A stretch of DNA of 64,000 bases from Chloroflexota bacterium (GCA_028874075.1 JAPPLU010000087.1:6738-70737), one strand, 5' to 3'; shown: positions 44,506 to 55,467, numbered from the stretch's first letter. Notes: generated by a model not told the origin, from the letters alone. Translations and numbers: made by a program.

Positions 44506-45219
44506 ATGGCGCCACCAGACATTAGAGCACTGATATTCGACGTATTCGGGACCGTAGTTGACTGGCGGAGCAGCATCATCGACCAGTCCGCCACTTTTGG
44601 CAAGGCGCGGGGAATTGAACGGGACTGGGGAGCCTTCGCCGACACCTGGCGTGGCAAGTATCAGCCCTTTATGAACAAGGTCCGCACCGGGGAATTGCCG
44701 TGGACTAACCTGGACGCGCTGCACCGAATGGCGCTGGAAGAAGTGCTTGAAGAGTTTGAAATCGGCGGGCTGAGCGAAGAAGAAAAGCAGGAAGTGAACT
44801 TCTTCTGGCACAATCTGCGCCCGTGGGCCGACTCGGTGCCCGGCCTGTACCGACTGAAGCAGCGGTACATCATCGCCACCATGTCCAACGGGAACATCGC
44901 ATTGATGACCAACATGGCCAAGAACGGTGGACTGCCGTGGGACGCCATCCTGGGCGCGGAAGTGGCCCGCCATTACAAGCCCGACCCGGAGAGCTACCTT
45001 ACAACCGTGGAACTCCTGGGCCTGCGCCCGGAGCAAGTAATGATGACCGCCGCCCACCAGGGCGACCTGCTGTCGGCCCAGAAGGTGGGGCTCCGGTCGG
45101 GGTTCGTGCCGCGGCCCATGGAGCGCGGGCCGGGCCGGACTCCGGACCCCACGCCCGACCCATCCTTTGACGTAGTGGCCACGGATTTTACTGACCTGGC
45201 GCGGCAGATGGGAGTGTAG
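44506..45219 (+). CDS. Haloacid dehalogenase type II (HAD superfamily)
   Basis: Motifs: ALIFDVFGTVVDW (DxFGT), SNGN and KPDPESY. Confidence 0.88.
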   Translation: MAPPDIRALIFDVFGTVVDWRSSIIDQSATFGKARGIERDWGAFADTWRGKYQPFMNKVRTGELPWTNLDALHRMALEEVLEEFEIGGLSEEEKQEVNFFWHNLRPWADSVPGLYRLKQRYIIATMSNGNIALMTNMAKNGGLPWDAILGAEVARHYKPDPESYLTTVELLGLRPEQVMMTAAHQGDLLSAQKVGLRSGFVPRPMERGPGRTPDPTPDPSFDVVATDFTDLARQMGV

Positions 45220-45350
45220 CGGCCCGGCGCAATCAATAATGGGTCAGGGGTCAAGGTTGTTGTATCGTCCTTTTTGGTTGGAGAGATTACTTCCGTTCGG
45301 CATTCTCACTCTCCGGCCAAGGGGAATCTTTAAGACCGGGGAGCAGGATT

Positions 45351-46343
45351 ATGGCCCGATTTGGTGTCCGACTGGAAAATGACCCGCAGTTGACGCCTGC
45401 CGATTCCATAGAACTGGCGCAGCTGGCGGAAGGCCGGGGCTACGAAATGGTGTGGGTACCTGAAGGCTCGGGGCGGGATTCCCTGACCCAACTGACCTAC
45501 CTGGCCTGCCACACCGGCGCCGTCAAGCTGGCCACTGGCATTCTACCGGTCTATTACCGCACTCCCATGCTTACGGCCATGTCTGCTGCGGGTATTGGCG
45601 ACCTGTCCGAGGGGCGATTTGTGCTGGGCTTGGGTGTGGGACACCGGCCTTCAGTGGAAGGGACCCATGGCATACCCTTTCGCCGTCCCCTGACCCACAT
45701 GCGGGAGTCCCTTACCCTGGTGCGTCGGCTACTGGACGGAGAGCAAGTCTTCCACAGGGGAAGGGTGTTCGACGTGGGCAACGCATCCCTGGGCGCCGCT
45801 GCCCCAAGGCAACGGGTGCCAATATACGTGGCCGCCCTCGGCCCGCAAATGCTGGAGCTCACGGTAGAACTGGCCGACGGCGTGCTGCTCAACTGGACGG
45901 CGTCCAATTACCTGGAAGAGGCCATCCGCCACCTGCATCGGGGAGTGGAGAAGGCTGGAAGGGACCCTTCCGAAATAGATGTGGCCGGCTACGTGCGGGT
46001 AGCCGTGTCCGACAACCCTGATGCGGCGCGGGTGAGCCTGCAAGGGCAGATCGCCCGCTATGCCAGCAATCCCTTTTACAACAATTTCTTCAAGGGCATG
46101 GGTTTCGGCAAGGAGATGAGCGCGGCAGAAGAGGCAATACGGAAGGGAGACATAGAAGAGGCGGCCCGTGCCATAAGCCCGGAAATGCAGGACCAGGTGG
46201 CGGTGGTAGGAAACGCGGAACAGTGCCGCTCGGAAATCGAAATGCGCCGCAGCCGGGGATTGAACCTGCCGGTGGTGGCGCCTTTCACCGTGGACGAGGC
46301 TAAGGCTTCGTACGTGAGGGTTATTGAGACTTTCGGGGAATAG
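45351..46343 (+). CDS. LLM class F420-dependent oxidoreductase
   Basis: 330-aa ORF. Motif: MARFGVRLEN...GYEMVWVPEGSGRDS. Confidence 0.9.
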   Translation: MARFGVRLENDPQLTPADSIELAQLAEGRGYEMVWVPEGSGRDSLTQLTYLACHTGAVKLATGILPVYYRTPMLTAMSAAGIGDLSEGRFVLGLGVGHRPSVEGTHGIPFRRPLTHMRESLTLVRRLLDGEQVFHRGRVFDVGNASLGAAAPRQRVPIYVAALGPQMLELTVELADGVLLNWTASNYLEEAIRHLHRGVEKAGRDPSEIDVAGYVRVAVSDNPDAARVSLQGQIARYASNPFYNNFFKGMGFGKEMSAAEEAIRKGDIEEAARAISPEMQDQVAVVGNAEQCRSEIEMRRSRGLNLPVVAPFTVDEAKASYVRVIETFGE

Positions 46344-46494
46344 GGGAGCGCGGGCAGCTAGAACTTTCCAGCGAAATGGTGGGACAGTCAGTTCACCTTC
46401 CTGTTAAATTTAAATGGGCAGTGAACCGAACGCTATCCAACTGCAACCCCGCCACCTCTCGGTAGAGCACAGACTGACCTGATACGGCACCTGT

Positions 46495-47535
46495 CTATTC
46501 CGAACCGTCCATTTCCCCCAACCCGCAAACCTCCGCAACCAGCTCGTACGAACGTACGCGGTCGGCGAAGTCGTGGCAGATGGTTACCACGCTCAGGTCC
46601 CCAGTCCCGTAGATCTCCGCGATCTTTTCCAGCTTTTCCTTCACCTGCTGGGGGTTGCCGTCAGCGCAGACCTGGCTGTACTGGCGGATAAAGGCGAGTT
46701 CGTTCATCTGATAGGGGTAGTCCAGGGCTTCCTCCACCGTGGGAATGCCCTTGGCCCGGTTGGTTACGGAGTATAGCCTTCCCAGGTTGCGGCTGGCGGC
46801 GATACGAAGGGCCTCTTCCTCGGTTTCGGCGCATAAGACCTGTACACCGATGTTGACCTTGGGTTCATCCAGGAATTTTGATGGCTCAAACTGCTTGCGG
46901 TAACCCTCCACGATAGACGGACCCTCGTCCACGCCCAATCCGAAGAAGTGGGCGTAGGCGAAGGGCATGCCCAGCCTGGCGGCCATGTAGGCGCTTTCGT
47001 AGCGGGACCCCAGCAGCCACACCTCGGGCGCGCTCCTGGGACTGTCGGGGCCAGCCTGCACCTGGGCGAAGGGGTGTTCCGATTCCAGGCCTCCGTTCAG
47101 GTAACCCACCAGGTCAACCACCTGGCGCGGGTAGTGCTGAACATCCTTGGGGCTGCCGGGGTAAGACAGGGCCGCCGCCGTCAGGTGGTCGCTGCCCGGC
47201 GCGCGCCCCACGCCCAGGTCGATACGGCCGGGGTAGAGGGACTCCAGCATCCGGAAGTTTTCCGCCACTTTCAAGGCGCTGTAGTGGGAGAGCATGACCC
47301 CGCCGCTGCCCACGCGGATGGAATTGGTGTGGGCGGCAACCTGTCCCACCAGCACTTCGGGACTGGTACCCGCGAAATTGGGCAGATTATGGTGCTCGGC
47401 CAGCCAGTACCGGTAGTAGCCCAGTTTTTCCACGGCTACTGCCAACTGGATGGTCTCGCGCAGGGCGTCTCCGGCGGTGCCCCCGGCCCTGACCGGAGAC
47501 TGGTCCACAACGCTAAGAATCAAGTCTGCGCCCAC
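46495..47535 (-). CDS. LLM class flavin-dependent oxidoreductase (YhbW/MsnO8-like)
   Basis: 346-aa ORF. Motif: YWLAEHHNLPNFAGTSPEVL...GRIDLGVGRAPG. Confidence 0.9.
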   Translation of the reverse strand: MGADLILSVVDQSPVRAGGTAGDALRETIQLAVAVEKLGYYRYWLAEHHNLPNFAGTSPEVLVGQVAAHTNSIRVGSGGVMLSHYSALKVAENFRMLESLYPGRIDLGVGRAPGSDHLTAAALSYPGSPKDVQHYPRQVVDLVGYLNGGLESEHPFAQVQAGPDSPRSAPEVWLLGSRYESAYMAARLGMPFAYAHFFGLGVDEGPSIVEGYRKQFEPSKFLDEPKVNIGVQVLCAETEEEALRIAASRNLGRLYSVTNRAKGIPTVEEALDYPYQMNELAFIRQYSQVCADGNPQQVKEKLEKIAEIYGTGDLSVVTICHDFADRVRSYELVAEVCGLGEMDGSE

Positions 47536-47624
47536 GGCGTGCTCCTGGGTGAGAAATTGGGCAGATTATAGCACTGCCGCAACGGACGGGATGGCTGCGC
47601 GATACAGGCAAGGGCCCAGCGGGC

Positions 47625-47690
47625 TGTTTAACAAATGTTAAATCAATTGTTAAACAACTGCTTTCAGAAAGGTTATTGTTAAAGGCATAT
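47625..47690 (+). promoter_or_regulatory. Pho-box-like array of TTAAAY direct repeats
   Basis: TTAACA (47628), TTAAAT (47638), TTAAAC (47650) and TTAAAG (47679) at 10-12 bp spacing, about 170-230 nt upstream of pstC. Confidence 0.35.
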
Positions 47691-47856
47691 TCATGGCGTA
47701 TTCTTTCTGGCGGCCAATTGGTCCGGCTCCCGCCTGGGCGCCAGTTGCCCAGCCAGGCTGCAACTGCACCCAGATACGGACGGCTCTGTTCCTTCGTTTA
47801 CTCTTCGAGAATGCGCTTCCGGTATTTTTGGCTCCAATCTGAAGGAGTATAAAGTC

Positions 47857-48810
47857 TTGGCCGGACCTGAAACCACTGTCCACGATTCTTTTGCGGACGC
47901 CTTCGCGGCAGCCAACGCCACCAGTCGATGGAAGAAATACCTGCCGGAACGGATCATTAAAGCGGTCCTGTTCGTCTGCGCCATCGCATCCATCTTTACC
48001 ACCGTTGGCATTGTGTCCGTTCTTATTTTTGAGGCGGCGCTGTTCTTCCAGGAAGTCACCATCTGGGAGTTCCTGACCAACACCAAGTGGACGCCCCTTT
48101 TCGCATCCAAGAATTTCGGAATCCTGCCTTTGGTAACGGGAACATTGCTCACTTCCATCGGGGCTATGTTCGTTGCCCTGCCGCTGGGGCTGATGAGCGC
48201 CATCTATTTGAGCGAATATGCCCCTGAGGTAGTAAGGCAGATCGTGAAACCGATTCTGGAAATCCTGGCGGGCATTCCCACCGTGGTCTACGGTTACTTT
48301 GCTTTGCTGTTCATAACACCCATTCTGCGGGCGATCAATGACGACATTTCGGTATTCAACGGCCTGAGCGCATCCCTGGTGATGGGAATTATGATTTTGC
48401 CCATGGTTTCCAGCCTGAGTGAAGATGCCATGCGCTCTGTGCCCCGCTCACTGCGGGAGGGAGCCTACGCCCTGGGCGCCACGAAGCTGGAAGTTTCGAC
48501 GCGGGTGGTCTTCCCGGCGGCCCTCTCGGGCATCGTCGCCGCATTCATCCTGGCAACCTCCCGGGCCATAGGCGAAACCATGATCGTCACCATTGCCGCC
48601 GGTCAGAACCCGACTTTCACCCTGAATCCCTTCGTTCCCATTGAGACGATGACGGCATACATTGTGCAGGTGAGCCTGGGTGACACTCCCACCGGCACCC
48701 TAGAGTTCAAGACCATCTTTGCCGTGGGCCTCAGCCTCTTCGTAATAACCCTGGCAATGAACCTGCTCAGCCAGTTCATTGTCCGCCGCTTCCGGGAGGT
48801 CTACGAGTAA
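47857..48810 (+). CDS. pstC: Phosphate ABC transporter permease PstC
   Basis: TTG start with AAGGAG 9 nt upstream. EAA-loop region ([21 protein letters not shown]). Confidence 0.92.
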   Translation: MAGPETTVHDSFADAFAAANATSRWKKYLPERIIKAVLFVCAIASIFTTVGIVSVLIFEAALFFQEVTIWEFLTNTKWTPLFASKNFGILPLVTGTLLTSIGAMFVALPLGLMSAIYLSEYAPEVVRQIVKPILEILAGIPTVVYGYFALLFITPILRAINDDISVFNGLSASLVMGIMILPMVSSLSEDAMRSVPRSLREGAYALGATKLEVSTRVVFPAALSGIVAAFILATSRAIGETMIVTIAAGQNPTFTLNPFVPIETMTAYIVQVSLGDTPTGTLEFKTIFAVGLSLFVITLAMNLLSQFIVRRFREVYE

Positions 48811-49694
48811 TGGCAGACGTTGTCCGCGGCCAGTTTGACCGGCGAGTGAACCGCCGAAGGCTGTACGGCCAGATTTTCCATGCCCTGTGCCTGATTTCCA
48901 TTCTTATCGGCCTGGGAATGCTCGCTCTTCTGCTGGTCGACATTTTCCTTGACGGCTGGCGGCGGGTTAACTGGGAATTCCTGACCAGCTTCCCGTCCCG
49001 AAAGCCGGAACAGGCGGGCATCCAGGCAGCCCTGTTTGGCAGCATTTACGTGATTGCCCTGGCCGGCGCCCTGGCGTTCACCTTGGGCGTGGCGGCGGCA
49101 ATTTACCTGGAGGAATACGCCTCCCGGAACTGGGTGGCCAAGGTAATTCAGATCAACATCGCGAACCTGGCGGGAGTGCCATCAATTGTATATGGAATCC
49201 TGGGCCTGGAAATTTTCGTTCGCTATCTGGCGCTGGGCAAAAGCGTTCTGGCCGGCAGCTTCACCCTGGCCCTGCTGGTTCTACCGATAGTGATAATAGC
49301 TTCGGAAGAGGCGATACGGGCGGTGCCGCCCTCCATTCGGGAAGGGGGTTACGCCCTGGGCGCCACCCGCTGGCAGACCATCTGGCGCCTGGTGCTGCCC
49401 CAGGCCTTCCCCGGCATTCTCACCGGGGTAATCCTGGCGGTCAGCCGGGCCATCGGCGAGACGGCGCCCCTGATCGTTATGGGTGCGCTGACCTTCGTAC
49501 CCTTCACACCCGACGGCCCCATGAGTCGGTTCACCGTGCTGCCCATTCAGATTTTCAACTGGGTTTCCCGGCCCCAGGAGGGCTTCCACGAAGCCGCAGC
49601 CGCCGGAATCATAGTACTGCTGGTGGTACTGCTGTCCATGAACGCCCTGGCCGTTCTGCTGCGCAACCGGTTCCAGCGCCGACTGGAGGGATGA
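48810..49694 (+). CDS. pstA: Phosphate ABC transporter permease PstA
   Basis: 294-aa ORF. Motif: [21 protein letters not shown]. Overlaps the pstC stop. Confidence 0.92.
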   Translation: MADVVRGQFDRRVNRRRLYGQIFHALCLISILIGLGMLALLLVDIFLDGWRRVNWEFLTSFPSRKPEQAGIQAALFGSIYVIALAGALAFTLGVAAAIYLEEYASRNWVAKVIQINIANLAGVPSIVYGILGLEIFVRYLALGKSVLAGSFTLALLVLPIVIIASEEAIRAVPPSIREGGYALGATRWQTIWRLVLPQAFPGILTGVILAVSRAIGETAPLIVMGALTFVPFTPDGPMSRFTVLPIQIFNWVSRPQEGFHEAAAAGIIVLLVVLLSMNALAVLLRNRFQRRLEG

Positions 49695-50473
49695 AGTCTG
49701 TGGCTGACAATTCACCAATTATCGAAACCCGGGACCTTAACGTATACTACGGCCCTACCTGCGTTATCAGCGGTGTGGACATGGAAGTAGAGACCCACAA
49801 GATAACCGCCATTATCGGACCGTCGGGTTCGGGCAAAAGCACCCTGCTGCGGTGCTTCAACCGGATGAACGACCTGATCCCCAGCTTCCACATGACCGGG
49901 TCGGTGCTGTTCGCCGGACGGGACCTTTACGACGCCGGCGTAGACCCCACGGAAATCCGGTACCAGATCGGCATGGTGTTCCAACGGCCTAACCCCTTTC
50001 CCAAGTCGATCTTCGACAACGTAGCCTTCGGGCCACGGGTGAACGGGTTCAGAGGAGACATGAACGCCCTGGTGGAGGACTCCATTCGCCGGGCGGCCCT
50101 CTGGGACGAGGTGAAGGACCGGTTGAAGGAAAGCGCCCTGTCCCTGTCCGGCGGCCAGCAACAACGGCTTTGCATCGCCCGGGCGCTGGCGGTGCAACCG
50201 CAGATCATCCTGATGGACGAGCCCTGCTCCGCCCTGGACCCCATTTCCACGCTGGCCATCGAGGAACTGATGCGGGAACTGTCCAATGACTATTCCATTG
50301 TCATCGTTACCCACAACATGCAGCAGGCGGCCAGGGTCTCTGACTACACGGCCTTCCTGAATCCGGGGGAAGACAAGACCTCGGAACTGATTGAGTTCGA
50401 TGAAACCAGGCAGATATTCACCAACCCCAAGGACGAGCGGACCGAGGCCTACATCACGGGCCGGTTTGGTTAG
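49691..50473 (+). CDS. pstB: Phosphate ABC transporter ATP-binding protein PstB
   Basis: 260-aa ORF. Motifs: [23 protein letters not shown] and [12 protein letters not shown]. Confidence 0.96.
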   Translation: MKSVADNSPIIETRDLNVYYGPTCVISGVDMEVETHKITAIIGPSGSGKSTLLRCFNRMNDLIPSFHMTGSVLFAGRDLYDAGVDPTEIRYQIGMVFQRPNPFPKSIFDNVAFGPRVNGFRGDMNALVEDSIRRAALWDEVKDRLKESALSLSGGQQQRLCIARALAVQPQIILMDEPCSALDPISTLAIEELMRELSNDYSIVIVTHNMQQAARVSDYTAFLNPGEDKTSELIEFDETRQIFTNPKDERTEAYITGRFG

Positions 50474-50648
50474 CCAATTGTTCCCCTTCAGCGCGCGGCC
50501 TATAATGCGCAGCAAACGTCTACCAACGGCGCGGAAGTTACAGGGTTAACCCGAGGCCACTTCCGCAGAGTGCCGCCCCCTTGGCCGTGTAAGTCGTGGG
50601 TGAATTACCAACCAATCTTACCCATAAATTCAGGAGCGTTGACCGACT

Positions 50649-51438
50649 ATGCCCGAAGTTAGCAGCCACACGCCCGGGACTTTCTGCTGGGTGGAACTGG
50701 CCACCCCGGACGCCCGAAGCTTCCAAGAAATTCTACTCGGAACTGCTGGGCTTGACCTGGACCGATATGCCCATGAGCGAAACCATGGTCTATACCATGC
50801 TCCAGAAAGACGACAGGTTTGTCGGCGCCATGTTCCAGATTCACGAACAGATGCTGGCCCAGGGAATGCATCCTCACTGGGTGTGTTACATTTCCACCGA
50901 TGACGTGGAGGCGGCGACCAGCCTGGTCAGGAACGCCGGTGGCAACGTTATCAACGAACCCTTCGACGTGTTCACCGCCGGGCGCATGTCGGTGGTAGCC
51001 GACCCCACCGGCGCGACGTTCGGCATCTGGCAGGCCGGAGAACACATCGGAGCGGGTTTGATCCACGAGCCCGGCTCCCTGGGGTGGAACGAGCTTTACA
51101 CCACCGACACGGAGGCGGCCAACACCTTTTACGCCAGTGTTTTCGGCTGGGACCGCAGCACCCACCAGGTGGGGCCGGAAGCGGAAGACTACCATGAGTT
51201 CAAGCTGGGCGACGTCAACGTGGCAGGAATGATCCAGATCAAACCGCACTGGGGGGAAGTGCCGCCCAACTGGGGATCCTACTTCTGCGTCGAGGACATT
51301 GAAACCAGCTTCCAGAAGGCGCTGGACATGGGCGCTCATGTAGTGGTTCCGGTTATGCGAGAAACCAACATCAGCTTCTGCTACATGCACGATCCCCAAG
51401 AAGTCTACTTTGGCCTGGTTCAGGTGCTTGGACAGTAG
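50649..51438 (+). pseudogene. Two-domain VOC/glyoxalase family protein with a +1 frameshift near 50712
   Basis: The conserved N-terminus MPEVSSHTPGTFCWVELATPD is in frame 3 (ATG at 50649). The rest (PEASKKFYSELLGLTWTDMP... to the stop at 51438) is in frame 1. Skipping g50712 joins them. Confidence 0.6.
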
Positions 51439-51624
51439 CATGGGCCAGACGGGTGGCGCCCAATAAATTCGGTCACGAAAACCCGAGTGGCCTGAAGACA
51501 ACAGGGGAGGGATTCCATATCCCTCCCCTGTGCCTTTTCTCCCAGCAGGTCGGTGGCCGCCATACTGGGTGCTTCTTGACATTAGCCGCGCTCCGCGTGT
51601 GTACCTGACTGTAATGGGGGTAAC

Positions 51625-52329
51625 CTAGTTTTGGAGCATCCAGCTCCTGATGGTCATGCGGGCCACGGGATTGTGCCAGTCGTGGGTGGCCGGGGTCAGG
51701 CCGGAGTCGCCGCCGCCGTGAATGCCGTTATGCACGTAGACGTAACCCTCGGCTGGGGTGTCATCCCTGACGTGGTTGCCGCAGGGCGGACCTGGGATAA
51801 AGGCGCAGCTTTCGCTGTTATATTCGCTGCCCGCATCGTAAGCAGTCAGGTTAAGAGTTCGGGACTCGGTGAGGTCGATGCCGTTGGCGCCAATGAAAGC
51901 GTCGTTGGTGGTTACGAGCATGCTGATGAAGGACATCCGGGTATTATCGTCGTCGAATTCGAAGTGGGTCGAGACGGTTTCGCCCGGAGGTATGGGGCCA
52001 TCATTCAGCGCCAATACCATGGCCTCCCCGATGTAACTGTTGGACTCGGGGTCCCACTGGGCCAGCAGGTCGGAAGCGTCGGCATCTTCAGCCATTTTCG
52101 CCACGGCTTCACTGGCCGGCTGTCCCAGGGTGTACAGGGGGTCCATGTGCCCGTTATGCCTGGCGATGAAGACCGGTGACAGTACCTGGCCAGGGGTCAA
52201 GTTGGTCAGGGATATCTCTACGTAAAGCTGTTCGTTGTCATCGGCGGCGCTGATGATGTTTGCCGTCAGCAGGCCTACCAGAGAGGCCACTACAGCCAGC
52301 AGCATGACTATGGAAATCCGTTTCTTCAT
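51625..52329 (-). CDS. Secreted spondin_N-like domain protein
   Basis: ATG at 52329 (MKKRISIVMLLAVV signal peptide). TNLTPGQVLSPVFIARHNG...LGQPASEAVAKMAEDADASDL resembles bacterial spondin N-domain proteins. Confidence 0.55.
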   Translation of the reverse strand: MKKRISIVMLLAVVASLVGLLTANIISAADDNEQLYVEISLTNLTPGQVLSPVFIARHNGHMDPLYTLGQPASEAVAKMAEDADASDLLAQWDPESNSYIGEAMVLALNDGPIPPGETVSTHFEFDDDNTRMSFISMLVTTNDAFIGANGIDLTESRTLNLTAYDAGSEYNSESCAFIPGPPCGNHVRDDTPAEGYVYVHNGIHGGGDSGLTPATHDWHNPVARMTIRSWMLQN

Positions 52330-52671
52330 TCTCGATTCTCCTGAATTAGTGGGCATTGTCCCACCACTAAACAGTTCAAGCGTTGATGGGACAATTGGAT
52401 CAGGCGATTCAATGTCACTCAAGGCCTGGTTCTCATATTTGCCTCCTGTTATTTAGCTGACACTCGGAATCTGGCTAACATCAAGTAATATATATTATTA
52501 TTGTATGGAATGTTCGCATTCTGTTCAATGAGTCCGGATGAAAACTCATTAGTTCTTCACCATACCTAGTAAGGCAAGCTTCCAGCGTTGGAATGGCGCC
52601 CAGGTCTCGCTTCAAGAAACTAAATCATATATTGGCGTGAATAATTCATTATTCGATAAATTATTACGTTT

Positions 52672-52701
52672 TTGACATATATAAAGCTTCAGCATTACTA
52701 T
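52672..52701 (+). promoter_or_regulatory. Candidate sigma-70-type promoter in an AT-rich divergent region
   Basis: TTGACA (52672-52677), an 18-nt spacer, then TACTAT (52696-52701), about 70 nt upstream of the binding-protein gene. Confidence 0.35.
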
Positions 52702-52773
52702 TGGACAAACTTGTGGCGTCATGAGTTGACTAAAGCGTCATGGGTAACGCTATTCGGAAGGGGGGTATGACTG

Positions 52774-54633
52774 ATGTTAAATGGAAGATCCGTACTTCAG
52801 CGATTGTGCGCAATAGTTTCCGTACTGGCACTTGCTCTGGCCGTCGGCTGCGGTTCAACGGCAAGCCCTACCCAGGCCCCGGCGCCCGAAGCCGCGCCGC
52901 AAGCCCAAACTCAGCCAGCGTCTCAACCCGAACCTGAGGTCCAGCCCACCGCCGCCGCGGAAGCCATGGGCATTGCGCCCACCCAGGCTCCTTCTTCGGC
53001 CCAGTCGTCGCAGGGCTCGGCGCAACCGGCAGCGCCATCTCCCACGGCAACACCGATTCCGGCCGCCATGCCGGAAGCCCCGGCCAGCGGCAAGGACTCC
53101 ATAGTCGTGGTGATCCCGACGGAGCCCGACGCCCTGTCACCCTGGAGCACGGGCAGCGCCGAAACCAGTTCCATCGTCTCCTATAACTGGGGCGAGCCGC
53201 TGGTTTGGCTAGACACCACCAGCCTGGAACTGGGCCCCACCACGTCCACCACCGGCTGGGAGCAGGTAGCGCCGGACCGGTGGCGGTTCTCTTTGCGGGA
53301 GGGGGTCAAGTTCGTCAATGGAGAACCCTGGAACGCCCACACCGCGGCCTGGAACATCAACCACAACGGCGACCCGCAGACAGGTCTGGGCTTTGGCGTC
53401 CACGGCCCCATGACTGGCACGGTAGTTGACGATATGACCCTGGACATAACCTGCGGCCACGCCAACTACAACGAGGGCGCCACTCAGAGCTGCCCCATTT
53501 TGCCGGGCGACATTACCGGCGTGGCATTCCAGGCGCCGGAGTGGTGGCAGTCCACCGAGGATGACGTACGGGACAGGACGACAGTGGGGTTCGGCGCTTA
53601 CCGGTTTGAAGGGTATGAGCCGGGCGTGTCCGTGGAGTCTGTGGCCTACGAGGGCTATATGCCCTCCGGGCGGGATGACCTGCCCAGGCCATCCATTCCC
53701 AACGTGGAATACGTTTGGCGAATCGAGACCACCGTACGGTCGGCCATGATCCAGGCAGGGGAGGCGGACCATACCTACTTGCTGAACGTAGAAGACATTC
53801 CCAACGTGCCGAAGTCCATCTCCATGCCCCAGTGGGAGGTGGAAGGCTTTTACATAGATACCCTGTGGCATCCCATGCTGAAGCAGACCATTTTCCGGCA
53901 AGCGCTGGTACATTCCATTAACTGCCAGGAGATCGTAGAGGAGATCTTCAACTCCGCCACTACGTGCACGCCACTGCCCGGGGTTATCGGCATGCCGGGC
54001 ATTACCGAGCACAACGGCAGCTACTGGGAGTTTGACCCGGACAAGGCAGTGCAACTGCTCGAGCAGGCCGGCTACGATGGCGAGGAAATAAGGATAATTG
54101 GCAGGGAGGGCCGGGTGCCCAAGCAGCCCGAGGTCTACGAAGCTATGGCCGGCTACTGGGAGGCAGTAGGGATCAAGGGCAAGGTGGAAGTAACCGAACG
54201 CAGCCTGTGGCGCAGCATCCGCAACTGCGGCGTCGGTAATGCCGTTTCAGAAGCCGGCGAAATCACTGCACAGAACCTGGCGGAGCCGCCTACCAACTGT
54301 GAAGGGTCATCCGGCTCCGGTCACCTCATTGAGTTCACTCCCGAATGGCCCAGCCTGGACTTTGGCCGCCCGGCCGGACGGCTGCTAAACTGCTATTACT
54401 TCCAGTCAAGGGTGTGTGACGCCGACATGCAGGTGCTGCTGGAGCAGGCCAGGGCCGCCACCCTGGAGGAGGGCCGGGCGGCCCTGCTGGAGCAGTTGGC
54501 CGACCGAATGAAGGAAGACGTGCTGTTCATCGGCGTGTTCCAGGCCTTTGAGATTCACGGGCTGGCGGAAGACCTGGAGTTCAAGCCGCGGCCAGACCAG
54601 CGACTTCGGGTGGCAGAAATGTCCTGGAAGTAG
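52774..54633 (+). CDS. ABC transporter substrate-binding lipoprotein, family 5 (peptide/nickel/opine type)
   Basis: 619-aa ORF. Lipobox LALAVGCGS, a long Pro/Ala/Gln linker, then an SBP_bac_5-like body. Confidence 0.85.
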   Translation: MLNGRSVLQRLCAIVSVLALALAVGCGSTASPTQAPAPEAAPQAQTQPASQPEPEVQPTAAAEAMGIAPTQAPSSAQSSQGSAQPAAPSPTATPIPAAMPEAPASGKDSIVVVIPTEPDALSPWSTGSAETSSIVSYNWGEPLVWLDTTSLELGPTTSTTGWEQVAPDRWRFSLREGVKFVNGEPWNAHTAAWNINHNGDPQTGLGFGVHGPMTGTVVDDMTLDITCGHANYNEGATQSCPILPGDITGVAFQAPEWWQSTEDDVRDRTTVGFGAYRFEGYEPGVSVESVAYEGYMPSGRDDLPRPSIPNVEYVWRIETTVRSAMIQAGEADHTYLLNVEDIPNVPKSISMPQWEVEGFYIDTLWHPMLKQTIFRQALVHSINCQEIVEEIFNSATTCTPLPGVIGMPGITEHNGSYWEFDPDKAVQLLEQAGYDGEEIRIIGREGRVPKQPEVYEAMAGYWEAVGIKGKVEVTERSLWRSIRNCGVGNAVSEAGEITAQNLAEPPTNCEGSSGSGHLIEFTPEWPSLDFGRPAGRLLNCYYFQSRVCDADMQVLLEQARAATLEEGRAALLEQLADRMKEDVLFIGVFQAFEIHGLAEDLEFKPRPDQRLRVAEMSWK

Positions 54634-54702
54634 CACCTAATCGCGGCAGACCGTGCCCAGGTTAGTCTTGTCCAGATAATGGGAACAACCTCAAGAGATA
54701 TT

Positions 54703-54734
54703 CAGGGCCCCGCGTTGCGGGGCCCTGGTGTTTT
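54703..54734 (+). terminator. Rho-independent terminator after the binding-protein gene
   Basis: cagggccccgc-gtt-gcggggccctg (11-bp perfect stem) followed by gtgtttt. Confidence 0.75.
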
Positions 54735-54810
54735 GGGACGGATGAAACCCTGTGCTGCCCACCACCATGGAGGCAAGAGGATCCTGTGTCCGGTTCTCTC
54801 ACAGGGGATT

Positions 54811-55185
54811 CTAAAATTCCATGGCCGGTTGGCCGGTCAGTTGGCCAATGCTGTCCGGCTGGGACGAAGGCGGCACGGGGCCAAAGCCGTTTGTGCGCCC
54901 GACAAGAGCGGGATCCACCGGCGAAATCCCATTGGGACCGGTTTCCGGCTGGGCGGCGCCTTCCAATGTGATGGGGGAAGAGATCGTGCCGGAAGCCACG
55001 CAATTCGACTGACAGTCTTCTGTTGCCTCAGGGCCAATGGCTAATAATGACCGGTTTCCGATGGCCAACAGCGCAACCAGGCATACTAATACCGTAATAG
55101 ACAACAGGAATGTTGCAGCCAAACCCCTGGTGCAGTGCGTTTCAAAGAGTATGGAACCTGAAGCCCTCCCCGGGCTTGAGTACAT
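54811..55185 (-). CDS. Hypothetical small membrane-anchored/secreted protein
   Basis: ATG at 55185 has AAAGGAGG 8 nt upstream. One TM/signal-anchor segment (LAATFLLSITVLVCLVALLAIG). No family recognised. Confidence 0.4.
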   Translation of the reverse strand: MYSSPGRASGSILFETHCTRGLAATFLLSITVLVCLVALLAIGNRSLLAIGPEATEDCQSNCVASGTISSPITLEGAAQPETGPNGISPVDPALVGRTNGFGPVPPSSQPDSIGQLTGQPAMEF

Positions 55186-55467
55186 ACTGCTTACCTCCTT
55201 TCCACTCCGCCTGGTGGCCCGGCGGGGCCTGCGTCATAGAAATAGTTGATATATACCATCACTATCATAAAGCTATTTTAATATATTAACCTTGGAGCCG
55301 TCAACATTGTTTATGACTGGAGGCCCGGAGAAGGAAGAGAAGGGGGAGATTATGAATAGAATGTATAGCTTGACCGGGGCGAATGCGGGGAAAACAGGGC
55401 GGCTGCCCGATCTCAGGCAGCCGGTGAATCGAGGACCAATGGATAGGACTGCGAGAACTTGGCGCTG

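Noticed and set aside
47691-48203. 170-aa minus-strand ORF overlapping the pstC start and leader
   Set aside because: It overlaps a well-supported pstC, and it has no SD and no motifs. A 49-codon plus-strand ORF in the leader (from 47693) is also unsupported.
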